DNA of 44,919 bases, taken from a virus. The stretch lies in IMG/VR virus record IMGVR_UViG_3300014202_000133, positions 1-44,919 of that record. The stretch is one strand, 5' to 3'. Positions 33,049 through 40,830 of this stretch are shown here, piece by piece. Position 1 is the stretch's first letter. Each line of letters begins with the position of its first letter. The position numbers were made by a program, and so were the translations under genes. The notes beneath the pieces were generated by a model. That model was not told the origin of the DNA. It made no database searches and worked only from the letters and a program-made list of their open reading frames with translations.

Positions 33049-34530
33049 TTACATGATGTCAATAGATGCGACGGTGATCTTTTGGACCGCGCCGCCGTCG
33101 GTGTACCAAAAGGTGATTACCGGCGTTCCGCGATTGCCGCGCACTTGCGCACCAGGGTCGAGAATTTGCAGGTAATAGCCTTGTTGCTCAATGATGGTCG
33201 ACACGTCCAAACCGGCGGCCTGATTCACTTGGGCTTTTTGCGATGCCGACATGGTAATGCCGGTGCGAATGCTGCCAAAGTTGATACCGGCGGAAATTGG
33301 GTCGATCATGGCCGCACGAATCAGCGAATAGCCGGATTCGTTGTAAGGAATCGACTTAACGCTGGTCAGCAGCGAAAGCAAGGCCAATTGGAATTGACTG
33401 TTCAAATAGACTTGGTCGACAAAGGTATCAACCCATTTCCACTTGCCGGACATTTGGCCGTTGTAAAGGAAATTGAATTGATCGTTTGCGGTCGCATATG
33501 AGCCGTAAAAGCTGTAACCGTTCGCCAGCAGATTGGCGGCGATTTGCTGGTCGGTCACAGTGGGCACGAATCCGCTTTGCGATTTGAAAGCCGAAGTGAT
33601 GCGGCCATTCAGGCGGCTAAAGTCAATCGACGCCACGGTGCCCAGCATGAATGCGGCCAGGGTCACAGTGTTGTAAACCGGTACGACGCCGTCGTAGCCT
33701 AGGGACTTGGCAACCGCACCAAAACAGGTAGTCGAACCGTTGACGATGGCTTGCGCGTCCGTGTCCCAGCAAACGTACATGTAACGCTGATTTTGCGCGT
33801 TCGTCCATTCGGCAAAGAGTTCTTTGTCGGCAAGCAAAGGCTCCCAAATCGTCATGAAGTCGACCCAATTCTGAGTCGCCGCCTTGACCGCATCCATGGC
33901 CGTGGCCGGAGTGTCCGCAATGTCACCTTGGGACAGGATGGCGCCGGTCGCGCTGGTCAGCTTGAGGCCCGCGGACAGGGTGCCGGTTGCATAGCTGATT
34001 GTCGAGGATGCGCCGGTCGTGACGCTGTTTAGCGTGAAGGTGCCGTTGACCGCATTCCAGGCGCAAGTCGGTTTGCCGATGCCAGTGAAGGCCGCGGCAA
34101 TCATCGTCGCCGCATTGCTGAAACTGGTTGCAGTTGCGAGATTGATGCTTGAAGACGTAAAGGCCGTGCCGTCGACGGTCACAGTCAGCACGCCGGAAAG
34201 GGCTTGCAGTTGCGCCAGGGTCATGCCGGACAGGGAGCCGGATTGCAACCAGGCGCCGCGGTCGGCTTCCACAAACGGGGCGAAATACAGCGTGCCCGGT
34301 TTGATCGTGGAATTGTCAAAGCCCAAAAAGTAAGTTTGGGCAAGGGCGTATTCCGTGGAAGACGGGCCAAAAAACGCACTCACGGCGTCGGCGCTGGCGA
34401 ATGAACGCACGCCGCCGGTCGGGAGCAAAGTATTTTTGGAGAGAATGACGCCGTTCAGGGCCAGCGGATTACCGCCGGAACCAACGACGCCGGGATTGAC
34501 TACGACGATATCCGATGCGGGAATTGTCAC
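33049..34530 (-). CDS. Contractile tail sheath protein (DUF3383-like)
   Basis: About 494 aa. Proposed GTG start at 34530 (VTIPASDIVVVNPGVVGSGGNPL, the typical N-terminus for this sheath family) after AAAGG. The track ATG at 34599 would add 23 aa encoded inside the homing endonuclease gene. Confidence 0.75.
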   Translation of the reverse strand: MTIPASDIVVVNPGVVGSGGNPLALNGVILSKNTLLPTGGVRSFASADAVSAFFGPSSTEYALAQTYFLGFDNSTIKPGTLYFAPFVEADRGAWLQSGSLSGMTLAQLQALSGVLTVTVDGTAFTSSSINLATATSFSNAATMIAAAFTGIGKPTCAWNAVNGTFTLNSVTTGASSTISYATGTLSAGLKLTSATGAILSQGDIADTPATAMDAVKAATQNWVDFMTIWEPLLADKELFAEWTNAQNQRYMYVCWDTDAQAIVNGSTTCFGAVAKSLGYDGVVPVYNTVTLAAFMLGTVASIDFSRLNGRITSAFKSQSGFVPTVTDQQIAANLLANGYSFYGSYATANDQFNFLYNGQMSGKWKWVDTFVDQVYLNSQFQLALLSLLTSVKSIPYNESGYSLIRAAMIDPISAGINFGSIRTGITMSASQKAQVNQAAGLDVSTIIEQQGYYLQILDPGAQVRGNRGTPVITFWYTDGGAVQKITVASIDIM

Positions 34531-34540
34531 GATAGCACCT

Positions 34541-35152
34541 TTAGGTTGTTGAAAAAATAAACGACCACTTGAAACCGTAGGCCGACTTACGTTGCCCATG
34601 GCAACACTTTGAAATATTACTCTTGCTCACTCCAACCCGCCCGGCGCTAGATAACCAGTCAGCAGCGTCGTCGCCGTGTGAAAAGATCATCCCATTTGAG
34701 CATGCAATGGTTTTGCGTTGAGCTTCTCCGATTTTCGCACGAAGTTCACTAGACAGCAACTTTGCCCGAGCTTCCGGCGTCCATTTTGAGCCAGTTCGAT
34801 TAAAACCGCGGGCGTTTAATTCTTCCTTCGTTACCGTATTACTTCGACGCATGCGTTCCCTTGACGCTTCGCACGGGACGCGGCCGCCATTTCCGCCGGT
34901 GTACAAATTGGCAAGCGAGTCAAGCCCAATATCATCAATAATTTTCTGTTCAACCGAAAACGCGGCGTCCTCTGACAAATCAATTGCCGCCAGTTCACTG
35001 GTAAAACCGTATTTATTTACGATATTTTTCCAATGCCGGTTACGTCCACAATGGGATATCGAACGTTTACCGCATCCTTTGCCGACATAGAAAATTTCGC
35101 CAATTTTTGGGCCGGATGCGTAGCGATGAAGGTAGACGTAAAAGTTGGTCAT
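34541..35152 (-). CDS. Free-standing GIY-YIG homing endonuclease
   Basis: ATG at 35152. MTNFYVYLHRYASGPKIGEIFYVGKGCGKR...R...N motifs (GIY / YIG). C-terminal DNA-binding-like region. About 42% GC in a hand-counted sample. Confidence 0.85.
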   Translation of the reverse strand: MTNFYVYLHRYASGPKIGEIFYVGKGCGKRSISHCGRNRHWKNIVNKYGFTSELAAIDLSEDAAFSVEQKIIDDIGLDSLANLYTGGNGGRVPCEASRERMRRSNTVTKEELNARGFNRTGSKWTPEARAKLLSSELRAKIGEAQRKTIACSNGMIFSHGDDAADWLSSAGRVGVSKSNISKCCHGQRKSAYGFKWSFIFSTT

Positions 35153-35159
35153 GATGCAA

Positions 35160-35669
35160 TCACACGTCCGCCGGAATAACCAAAGCTGGATAAGCCACGT
35201 CGGCAAATTCCTGCGGAACCGTAACAGTTGGATTGTATTGCATTGATGCTGTAAGCGTCCATCGACTTTCGTATTGCTGTTCCCCGGTTAAGAGGGGCGA
35301 TTGAACGCCGTCGGACGTGTACAGCGGCCTAATGTTCGCGGGGAAATGGGCAAACCCCCAATGCGACCGGAACGCGGTTTTTACGGTCTTGCAAAACTCC
35401 CCGGCTTGAGCCCCGTAAAAGTCAATTTGCACGTCAATGCGCGACGGCCCGTAGATTGTGGCGGTGTTTGCAAGCGGCTGGTAATCCGTGGCCGGTACGC
35501 TCAAATCAACTTGCAAAAGTTCCGTAAGCACGGCGCAAGGATTTGAGGGCAAGGCCACCCGGTTGACCTGTGCGCGGACGATTTGGGCGCCAGGCATGAA
35601 GGGCGTTAAAAATGCCTTGAGTGCGTCAATGACTTGGTCGACCGTAATGCTGGAAGTGTAATTCGCCAT
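35160..35669 (-). CDS. Neck / tail-completion-position protein
   Basis: 169 aa between the connector genes and the sheath. Assigned by position. Confidence 0.42.
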   Translation of the reverse strand: MANYTSSITVDQVIDALKAFLTPFMPGAQIVRAQVNRVALPSNPCAVLTELLQVDLSVPATDYQPLANTATIYGPSRIDVQIDFYGAQAGEFCKTVKTAFRSHWGFAHFPANIRPLYTSDGVQSPLLTGEQQYESRWTLTASMQYNPTVTVPQEFADVAYPALVIPADV

Positions 35670-36044
35670 TTATTGCCCCTGCAGCACAATGGCCGCCTTA
35701 GTCCAATCGGGCCAGCTTTCAAGCACCTTGACGACAAGCCATGATTCCATTTCATTCTTGCGCTTGACGATATCGCCGCCGGTTTGATTCGGCCGCACGA
35801 CGCCCGCCAGGGTGCCGCGCAAATAAATTGCCCGGATGGTGCCTTGAATATTCAGGCCGTCCAGTTGCTTGATATCGTTCGCGTCCAGGGCTTGCACTTG
35901 CGCGGGGCCGGTCACGGGGGCGGCAAACGCTGGAACTTGTTTGGCTCCGGCGCCAATGGTGTAACCCGTCGACCGCAAAACGGTAACGGTTTCATTCGGA
36001 TTTATGGTGCTGGTCACACCGTTAGCGAGTCCGCGCAAGTCCAT
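35670..36044 (-). CDS. Head-tail joining (head closure)-like protein
   Basis: 124 aa. Pattern VQALDANDIKQLDGLNIQGTIRAIYLRG...GGDIV...WLVVKVLE resembles head-tail joining proteins. Confidence 0.45.
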   Translation of the reverse strand: MDLRGLANGVTSTINPNETVTVLRSTGYTIGAGAKQVPAFAAPVTGPAQVQALDANDIKQLDGLNIQGTIRAIYLRGTLAGVVRPNQTGGDIVKRKNEMESWLVVKVLESWPDWTKAAIVLQGQ

Positions 36045-36487
36045 TATTCTGATACCTCAATGGCAATTGAATTGAGCATGTGCGACGTGTCAATCAGGGG
36101 TTTGGCAAAGCCCTTGGCTTCAATCGTGCTTTCGGCCAGCGCGGGCGTCGTGAAGTCATTTATGCTTTGCTGCAATGCGCCTTTGATATCTTCACCCATC
36201 AGCGCCAGCACGCGGGGGCCGTCGTAATTCGTGCCCTTTGCCAGCTTCGCCATTTTGCCGGGCCAGGTAGGAGACTCCGCGGCAATCATTTGGCGAAAGA
36301 ACGGCCGGGCCGGTTGCCCCACGCTTCCAAACTCATTCCAATAGGCCACAGCGGCGACGGGCGTGCCGTCCGGGTAAGTGGCGCCTTCCATGAAGCCGAC
36401 CGCAACCTCTCCCCCGCCCATGCGTTGGGCGATTGCTTCCAGGGCCTTCATGACCCCATCGGAACCGCTGAGAGTGTGGTCGGCCAT
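36044..36487 (-). CDS. HK97 gp10-like head-tail connector protein
   Basis: Internal ATG at 36487, one nt after the upstream stop. C-terminal PLIDTSHMLNSI resembles the DTGxLxxSI signature. Confidence 0.6.
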   Translation of the reverse strand: MADHTLSGSDGVMKALEAIAQRMGGGEVAVGFMEGATYPDGTPVAAVAYWNEFGSVGQPARPFFRQMIAAESPTWPGKMAKLAKGTNYDGPRVLALMGEDIKGALQQSINDFTTPALAESTIEAKGFAKPLIDTSHMLNSIAIEVSE

Positions 36488-36488
36488 A

Positions 36489-36887
36489 TCAATACACCGT
36501 AGGCCGGGAAACGTAACGGAAACCGCGCAAGCTGGAAGTCGCTTGCCAGAATGCGGCGCCGTACTGTGATTGCTGGAACCATTGCGCGGAGCCAGGGGGC
36601 GCACCTTCAAAGGCGGCGGACACGCTACCTTCACCGGCTTGCGATAGGCGCCCCACGGGCCGCGGCATGCCGTCCGCGCTCAAAGCGCCGCCGATATAGG
36701 CGACGTGGGCGGTCAGCATGTTCAAAAGGATGGCCCGGCGGGTCAGGTTCCGCACGGGCGAATTGTTCGCATTGGACAAGTAAAGGCCCGCTTCCGTGAA
36801 GTAGGCCCCCAAGGTCGCATTGGCAACCGCCGAAAATTCGGGATAGCGGGCTTTGAAGGCTACCGGGTCGAATACTACGGCGGTCAT
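36489..36887 (-). CDS. DUF4054-like head-tail adaptor protein
   Basis: MTAVVFDPVAFKARYPEFSAV...YFTEAGLYLSN...LLNMLTAHVA matches my memory of DUF4054. Confidence 0.6.
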   Translation of the reverse strand: MTAVVFDPVAFKARYPEFSAVANATLGAYFTEAGLYLSNANNSPVRNLTRRAILLNMLTAHVAYIGGALSADGMPRPVGRLSQAGEGSVSAAFEGAPPGSAQWFQQSQYGAAFWQATSSLRGFRYVSRPTVY

Positions 36888-36891
36888 GGTC

Positions 36892-37236
36892 TTAGTCCTT
36901 GTCGGCTGGCTTCACGCCGCTTGCGCGTTCGTCTTTGCCGTCGGTACGCATGGGCTCAAAGCCGGTTTTGCGGTCCTTGAATTCGCCAGCAATTGCGGCG
37001 GCGTCCGTCAGACTTTTGGCGACAAAAATGGCGCCCGATTTGACGGCCGAAAATTCTTTATTGACTGCGGCCCATTGTTCCCAAAAGTCCCCGTCGACTT
37101 CGGTTGTGGCGTAGTCCGCGCCCACAATCAGGGCTTTGTTTTTGCCCGCCAATTCGACCTTTTTGGTCGGGTCCATGGGGTGCTGAATGATGATACCGTG
37201 GGGCAATTTGCAACCCACTACGACGATTTTTGCCAT
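36892..37236 (-). CDS. Hypothetical head-module protein (114 aa)
   Basis: ATG at 37236, 7 nt after AGGAGAG (the track start at 37242 is TTG). Follows the capsid terminator. Confidence 0.6.
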   Translation of the reverse strand: MAKIVVVGCKLPHGIIIQHPMDPTKKVELAGKNKALIVGADYATTEVDGDFWEQWAAVNKEFSAVKSGAIFVAKSLTDAAAIAGEFKDRKTGFEPMRTDGKDERASGVKPADKD

Positions 37237-37260
37237 TTTCAAACTCTCCTAGTTTGCGAT

Positions 37261-37287
37261 TAAAATCCAGGGGCCGAAGCCCCCGGA
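37261..37287 (-). terminator. Intrinsic terminator/attenuator after the major capsid gene
   Basis: Minus strand UCCGGGGGC-UUCG-GCCCCUGGA (9-bp stem with one G.U, UUCG tetraloop) followed by UUUUAAU, 20 nt after the capsid stop. Confidence 0.62.
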
Positions 37288-37306
37288 TTGCTTACTTACT
37301 GATTCC

Positions 37307-38347
37307 TTACACGCCCAACATTTGGGCAATGAAGGCGGGGCGGAAAATCACGGTGCCCCAGGTGCCTTGCGACTTCTTTTGCTTGAAGCTGGAAGACTGC
37401 ACGACGATTGGGTGGGCGCGGAGCTTTTCGGTAAAAGCGGTGTCGGCCGTGCGCTGACCTTCCACTTCGTCCACGATCAGTTGCACCAGTTCCCCGGACG
37501 CCGTGGTGTACTCCGGCGCGGTCTTCACGGTCAAATTGGGGAAATTCTTTTTCAGAATGTCCTGCACGTTGACATTGAAGTCGGTCGTCTTGGTCAAATA
37601 GACTTCCGAAATGGGGGACATTGCCAAGGTCATCTTGGTGTCGAGTTCAACCAGGCCACCCGCTTGGGTTTGCAATTGCTTGTACAGCTTTTGCACGTCC
37701 GAATTGATTTCTTGCGCCGTGGCATTCGCCCAGCCCGTGCCGCCCGCGGTCTTCGTGGTGGGCACGATAGCGGCGGACAGGTTCGGGTCGTTCAGCAGGC
37801 CATAGTTTTGCAGGCCGGACACGCCGAAGAAATACGTCTTATTCTGAAACTTGTTCAGAGTCAGAATCGACGCAATGTTCATGCGGTTTGCCCAATCAAT
37901 GCGGGCCAGCCCGGCGCGTTCCAGTTCCCGTTCACCCCATTGCGTCATCACTTGATAGTGATAGCTTTGGCGTTGCGGGAAGTTGGAATTGACGCCAGCG
38001 ACGCCGTTTTCGGAGTAGTCACCATACGACGAAGTTTCGCCCGTGGATTCCACAACCGGGAACATTGCCGTTTCAGTGGTCCAATCGCCCTTTTTGACTT
38101 CGCCGCCGACAACTTCGGCCGCCTTCATCGGGGAAACCAAAATTTCAATCAGTTTCGGGTCGATGAAGGTAGTCAGGAAGGCCGGAATACCGGCGTTGCT
38201 GGTGGTGATAAGGGCGGGCTGTGCGTCGCACGCAAAGCCATCGTGTGCCAGGCGCAACGAGGCGCCAGGGGCTTGGAAGTCGACGCCGGGCTGGCCCATG
38301 AAATGGACCCCGGCGCGTTCCATCAGTGCTTGAAGGATTGGATTCAT
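37307..38347 (-). CDS. Major capsid protein (DUF2184-like)
   Basis: 346 aa after the scaffold and decoration genes and followed by a terminator. Sequence ...ITTSNAGIPAFLTTFIDPKLIEILVSP... resembles DUF2184 capsid proteins. Confidence 0.78.
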   Translation of the reverse strand: MNPILQALMERAGVHFMGQPGVDFQAPGASLRLAHDGFACDAQPALITTSNAGIPAFLTTFIDPKLIEILVSPMKAAEVVGGEVKKGDWTTETAMFPVVESTGETSSYGDYSENGVAGVNSNFPQRQSYHYQVMTQWGERELERAGLARIDWANRMNIASILTLNKFQNKTYFFGVSGLQNYGLLNDPNLSAAIVPTTKTAGGTGWANATAQEINSDVQKLYKQLQTQAGGLVELDTKMTLAMSPISEVYLTKTTDFNVNVQDILKKNFPNLTVKTAPEYTTASGELVQLIVDEVEGQRTADTAFTEKLRAHPIVVQSSSFKQKKSQGTWGTVIFRPAFIAQMLGV

Positions 38348-38350
38348 GGT

Positions 38351-39262
38351 TTAACCCCAGGTAGAGATTTTGACGAGTTCACCAACGGCCGCAACCGACT
38401 GAGCTTTCCAGCCAGTAGCAGCAACGCCCGCGGTAACGGTGACAGTGGTCGACGCGGCGTAAGCCGTGGCGCTTTGGTCAAGCGTGTAGGTGCCCACGCC
38501 GCCAGCCGTGCCGCTCACTTGCGAAGCGATAACGGCGCCCGAAGGAATGCCGGTGCCGCTCACAGGGTCGCCAACTTTCAGCGAACCGGAAGCCACAGCG
38601 GACACGACCAGGGTGTTGCCGAAGCTGGTAGCAGTTGCCGCGGAGATTGTGGTCGCCGCACTGGTGACATAGACGCCCGCGCCGCCGGTCGTGCCGCTGG
38701 TTTGCGAAACGATGGTCGTACCGGCCGGAATGCCGGTGCCGCTCAAAGTCTCGCCAACGGTCAGCACGCCAGTAACCGCGGAAACCGTCAGATTCGTGCC
38801 GGAGCCCGAAGCGGTGAAGGTTGCGCCCATTGCGCCGGTTGCCGAAGCGCCGGTCGGTGCCGAAACGGTGTAGACGTCCCCGTTGCTGTAGTCCGCATAA
38901 ACGGCGTCGCCAACGGCGCAAGCGTTCGGGCCTTTATTGACCGCCCAAAAATCGCCCTGATTGTGCAGAGTGACCGGGAAGCCGTGCGGAATGTTCATGC
39001 CCGATTCAGCCAAATAGGTTTGAATCAAGGCTTGCTGTTCGCGGTGAACAAAGCCGTTCGGGGCCTTTGTGGCGGTGCCGAAACTTTGGACAGTAACGCC
39101 GTCGTCATCGACCCAAGCAAATTTGCCAACGGTGACGCCAAGCGCCCCCGCAACAAAGCCGCCAGGGCCAGCCAGCACGGTCGCCCGTGGATTGGATGAT
39201 GCAAAGTCACCAGCTACCGCGGGGGCGGGAGTCAGGTTGACCGTTTTTTGAAAGCCGCTCAT
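38351..39262 (-). CDS. Putative capsid decoration/structural protein with two tandem repeat domains of about 60 aa
   Basis: Repeats NLTVSAVTGVLTVGETLSGTGIPAGTTIVSQTSGTTGGAGVYVTS and TLVVSAVASGSLKVGDPVSGTGIPSGAVIASQVSGTAGGVGTYTLD. Lies between the scaffold and capsid genes. Confidence 0.55.
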   Translation of the reverse strand: MSGFQKTVNLTPAPAVAGDFASSNPRATVLAGPGGFVAGALGVTVGKFAWVDDDGVTVQSFGTATKAPNGFVHREQQALIQTYLAESGMNIPHGFPVTLHNQGDFWAVNKGPNACAVGDAVYADYSNGDVYTVSAPTGASATGAMGATFTASGSGTNLTVSAVTGVLTVGETLSGTGIPAGTTIVSQTSGTTGGAGVYVTSAATTISAATATSFGNTLVVSAVASGSLKVGDPVSGTGIPSGAVIASQVSGTAGGVGTYTLDQSATAYAASTTVTVTAGVAATGWKAQSVAAVGELVKISTWG

Positions 39263-39276
39263 GGTGGTGACTCCTT

Positions 39277-40542
39277 TTAAGCGTTACGGAAACGGGCGGC
39301 GCCCGGAAACTGCTTATCCAGGCCGCCAGCATCTTGCGCGATGCGCGGGGTCGGGGTTGCAGACTTGGAAGCGGCAACCTTGAAGAGTGCGCGAAGGGCC
39401 GGGGCGCCTTCCACGTCCTTGCGGTCGACCTTCATGTGGTCCAGGGCGAAGCCGTAGACTTCGGCCGCTGAATCCATGCCCATGACGTCGCCAACGATTG
39501 CGCGAACATCACGGCGGGCCTCTTCGGCTTCGCGCAAGTCTTTGCGCAAACCGTCCATTGCCGCTTTGACGTCGACCGGCTTTTCGCCGTCCTTAATCAT
39601 TTTTTCGGCGGCTTCGTCAGCGTCTTGAGCCGGTGCGGCCAGCAGATTGCAAGCCTCATTGATTACCGATTCGTCCACCTTACCGGCCAGCAACTTGCGG
39701 AGCTTGTCGGCGGGGGATTCATCGGCGGCGGCCATCGGCGTTTCAACGGCCTTGGGTTCCTGTTCCACGTCCAGCAGCGCGTCGATTACGTTGTCGAGTT
39801 GTTGCGGGTCGAGTTCGGCGTCGAGGGCCAGCAATTTGGCCTTAACGTCTTCCTTCTTGAAATTCTTGCGGGTTGCCGGGCCAACCAGTGCAGGCAAAGC
39901 GGAATCCGCTGCCAGTACCGGAGAGGCCGCGCACAATGCCGCAAAAAGGGCCTTGCCCAGTTTGGTCATCTTCATGGCGGATTCCTTGAAAGTGAAAGGG
40001 TTACGGTCGGCCACTACTACATCAGACCCAGCGCGGCCGACCTCAACTAACGCTAGGTGATTTCCTTGAATTTCCGTCATGCGGCCGTCGTATGCCTGGC
40101 CTTCAAATTCGCCGGGCTCCATGACTGGCACGTAACGATAAGCGCAAGAAAGTTCCCTTACCTTGTCCGTTTCAATGCCAGCAATTGCGGTCGCGTCCCA
40201 TACGCACAAATCAGCGTCAAGATAGGGGGCGGAAAAAGTTATTTCGGAACCGATGGTACCGACGACCAAATCTGGCCGCGGGGTGTCAACGGTAACGGGT
40301 ACATGCTCTGAAAGAATTGGGAGCCGGGCAAACGTGGCCGCCCCGCGCTCCAATTCCACAGGGTCGCGGAACAAGCGGTAAACCGTATCCGGCTGCAGGC
40401 CCAAGGCTTCATAGCCCGGAATCTCCTTGCCGTAATACGGGTTGACCGTGGCCTTTGAAATATGGGAGCGGTCGACGTGAAGCCGTCCGTCGGCATCAAT
40501 CCGGCGGGCGCTTCGGTCAAAGGCTAATTTCATGGTCGGCAT
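39277..40542 (-). CDS. Scaffold / prohead protease-like protein (DUF2213-like)
   Basis: N-terminal RIDADGRLHVDRSHISKATVNPYYGKEIP pattern, then an acidic helical C-terminal half typical of scaffolds. An alternative ATG lies at 40533. Confidence 0.68.
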   Translation of the reverse strand: MPTMKLAFDRSARRIDADGRLHVDRSHISKATVNPYYGKEIPGYEALGLQPDTVYRLFRDPVELERGAATFARLPILSEHVPVTVDTPRPDLVVGTIGSEITFSAPYLDADLCVWDATAIAGIETDKVRELSCAYRYVPVMEPGEFEGQAYDGRMTEIQGNHLALVEVGRAGSDVVVADRNPFTFKESAMKMTKLGKALFAALCAASPVLAADSALPALVGPATRKNFKKEDVKAKLLALDAELDPQQLDNVIDALLDVEQEPKAVETPMAAADESPADKLRKLLAGKVDESVINEACNLLAAPAQDADEAAEKMIKDGEKPVDVKAAMDGLRKDLREAEEARRDVRAIVGDVMGMDSAAEVYGFALDHMKVDRKDVEGAPALRALFKVAASKSATPTPRIAQDAGGLDKQFPGAARFRNA

Positions 40543-40551
40543 AATGTTGGA

Positions 40552-40830
40552 TTATACGACTCGTTGTGGGTAAACATAAAGTCCGCCTTCTGATACGCCC
40601 TGATTCTCTCCGCTAGATTGCCAGCGATACCCATACGAACCGGCCGAATCTAACGGTAAATCAAAATGATATTTGCCGACGGCGTCTTTCGTTACATTGG
40701 TGAAAGTGACGCCAGCGGCGGACGGAGATTTAATATAAATAGAAATTGCCGTCGGGTCCGCAAATGCGCCGTCGACGTCTGAAATTTCAACGGACAGCCT
40801 CGCAACGTCCCCAACCATAAAATCAGTCAT
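40552..40830 (-). CDS. Hypothetical small beta-rich protein (92 aa)
   Basis: ATGA coupling to the upstream repeat protein. No motif recognised. Confidence 0.55.
   Translation of the reverse strand: MTDFMVGDVARLSVEISDVDGAFADPTAISIYIKSPSAAGVTFTNVTKDAVGKYHFDLPLDSAGSYGYRWQSSGENQGVSEGGLYVYPQRVV

Noticed and set aside
34531-34599. The longer sheath ORF starting at ATG 34599
   Set aside because: It would place 23 N-terminal residues inside the low-GC homing endonuclease gene. The GTG at 34530 with an SD gives the family-typical N-terminus. It is kept as an alternative in the feature evidence.
37322-39199. A 625-aa plus-strand ORF, the longest of several long ORFs antisense to structural or replication genes. 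Others: 14128..15204-, 12537..13382-, 30580..31494+, 25547..26368+, 43374..43799+.
   Set aside because: These are Arg/Gly/Pro-rich nonsense typical of stop-poor antisense frames in GC-rich DNA. They have no start context. The opposite strand carries recognisable capsid, SSB, TMP and baseplate proteins.
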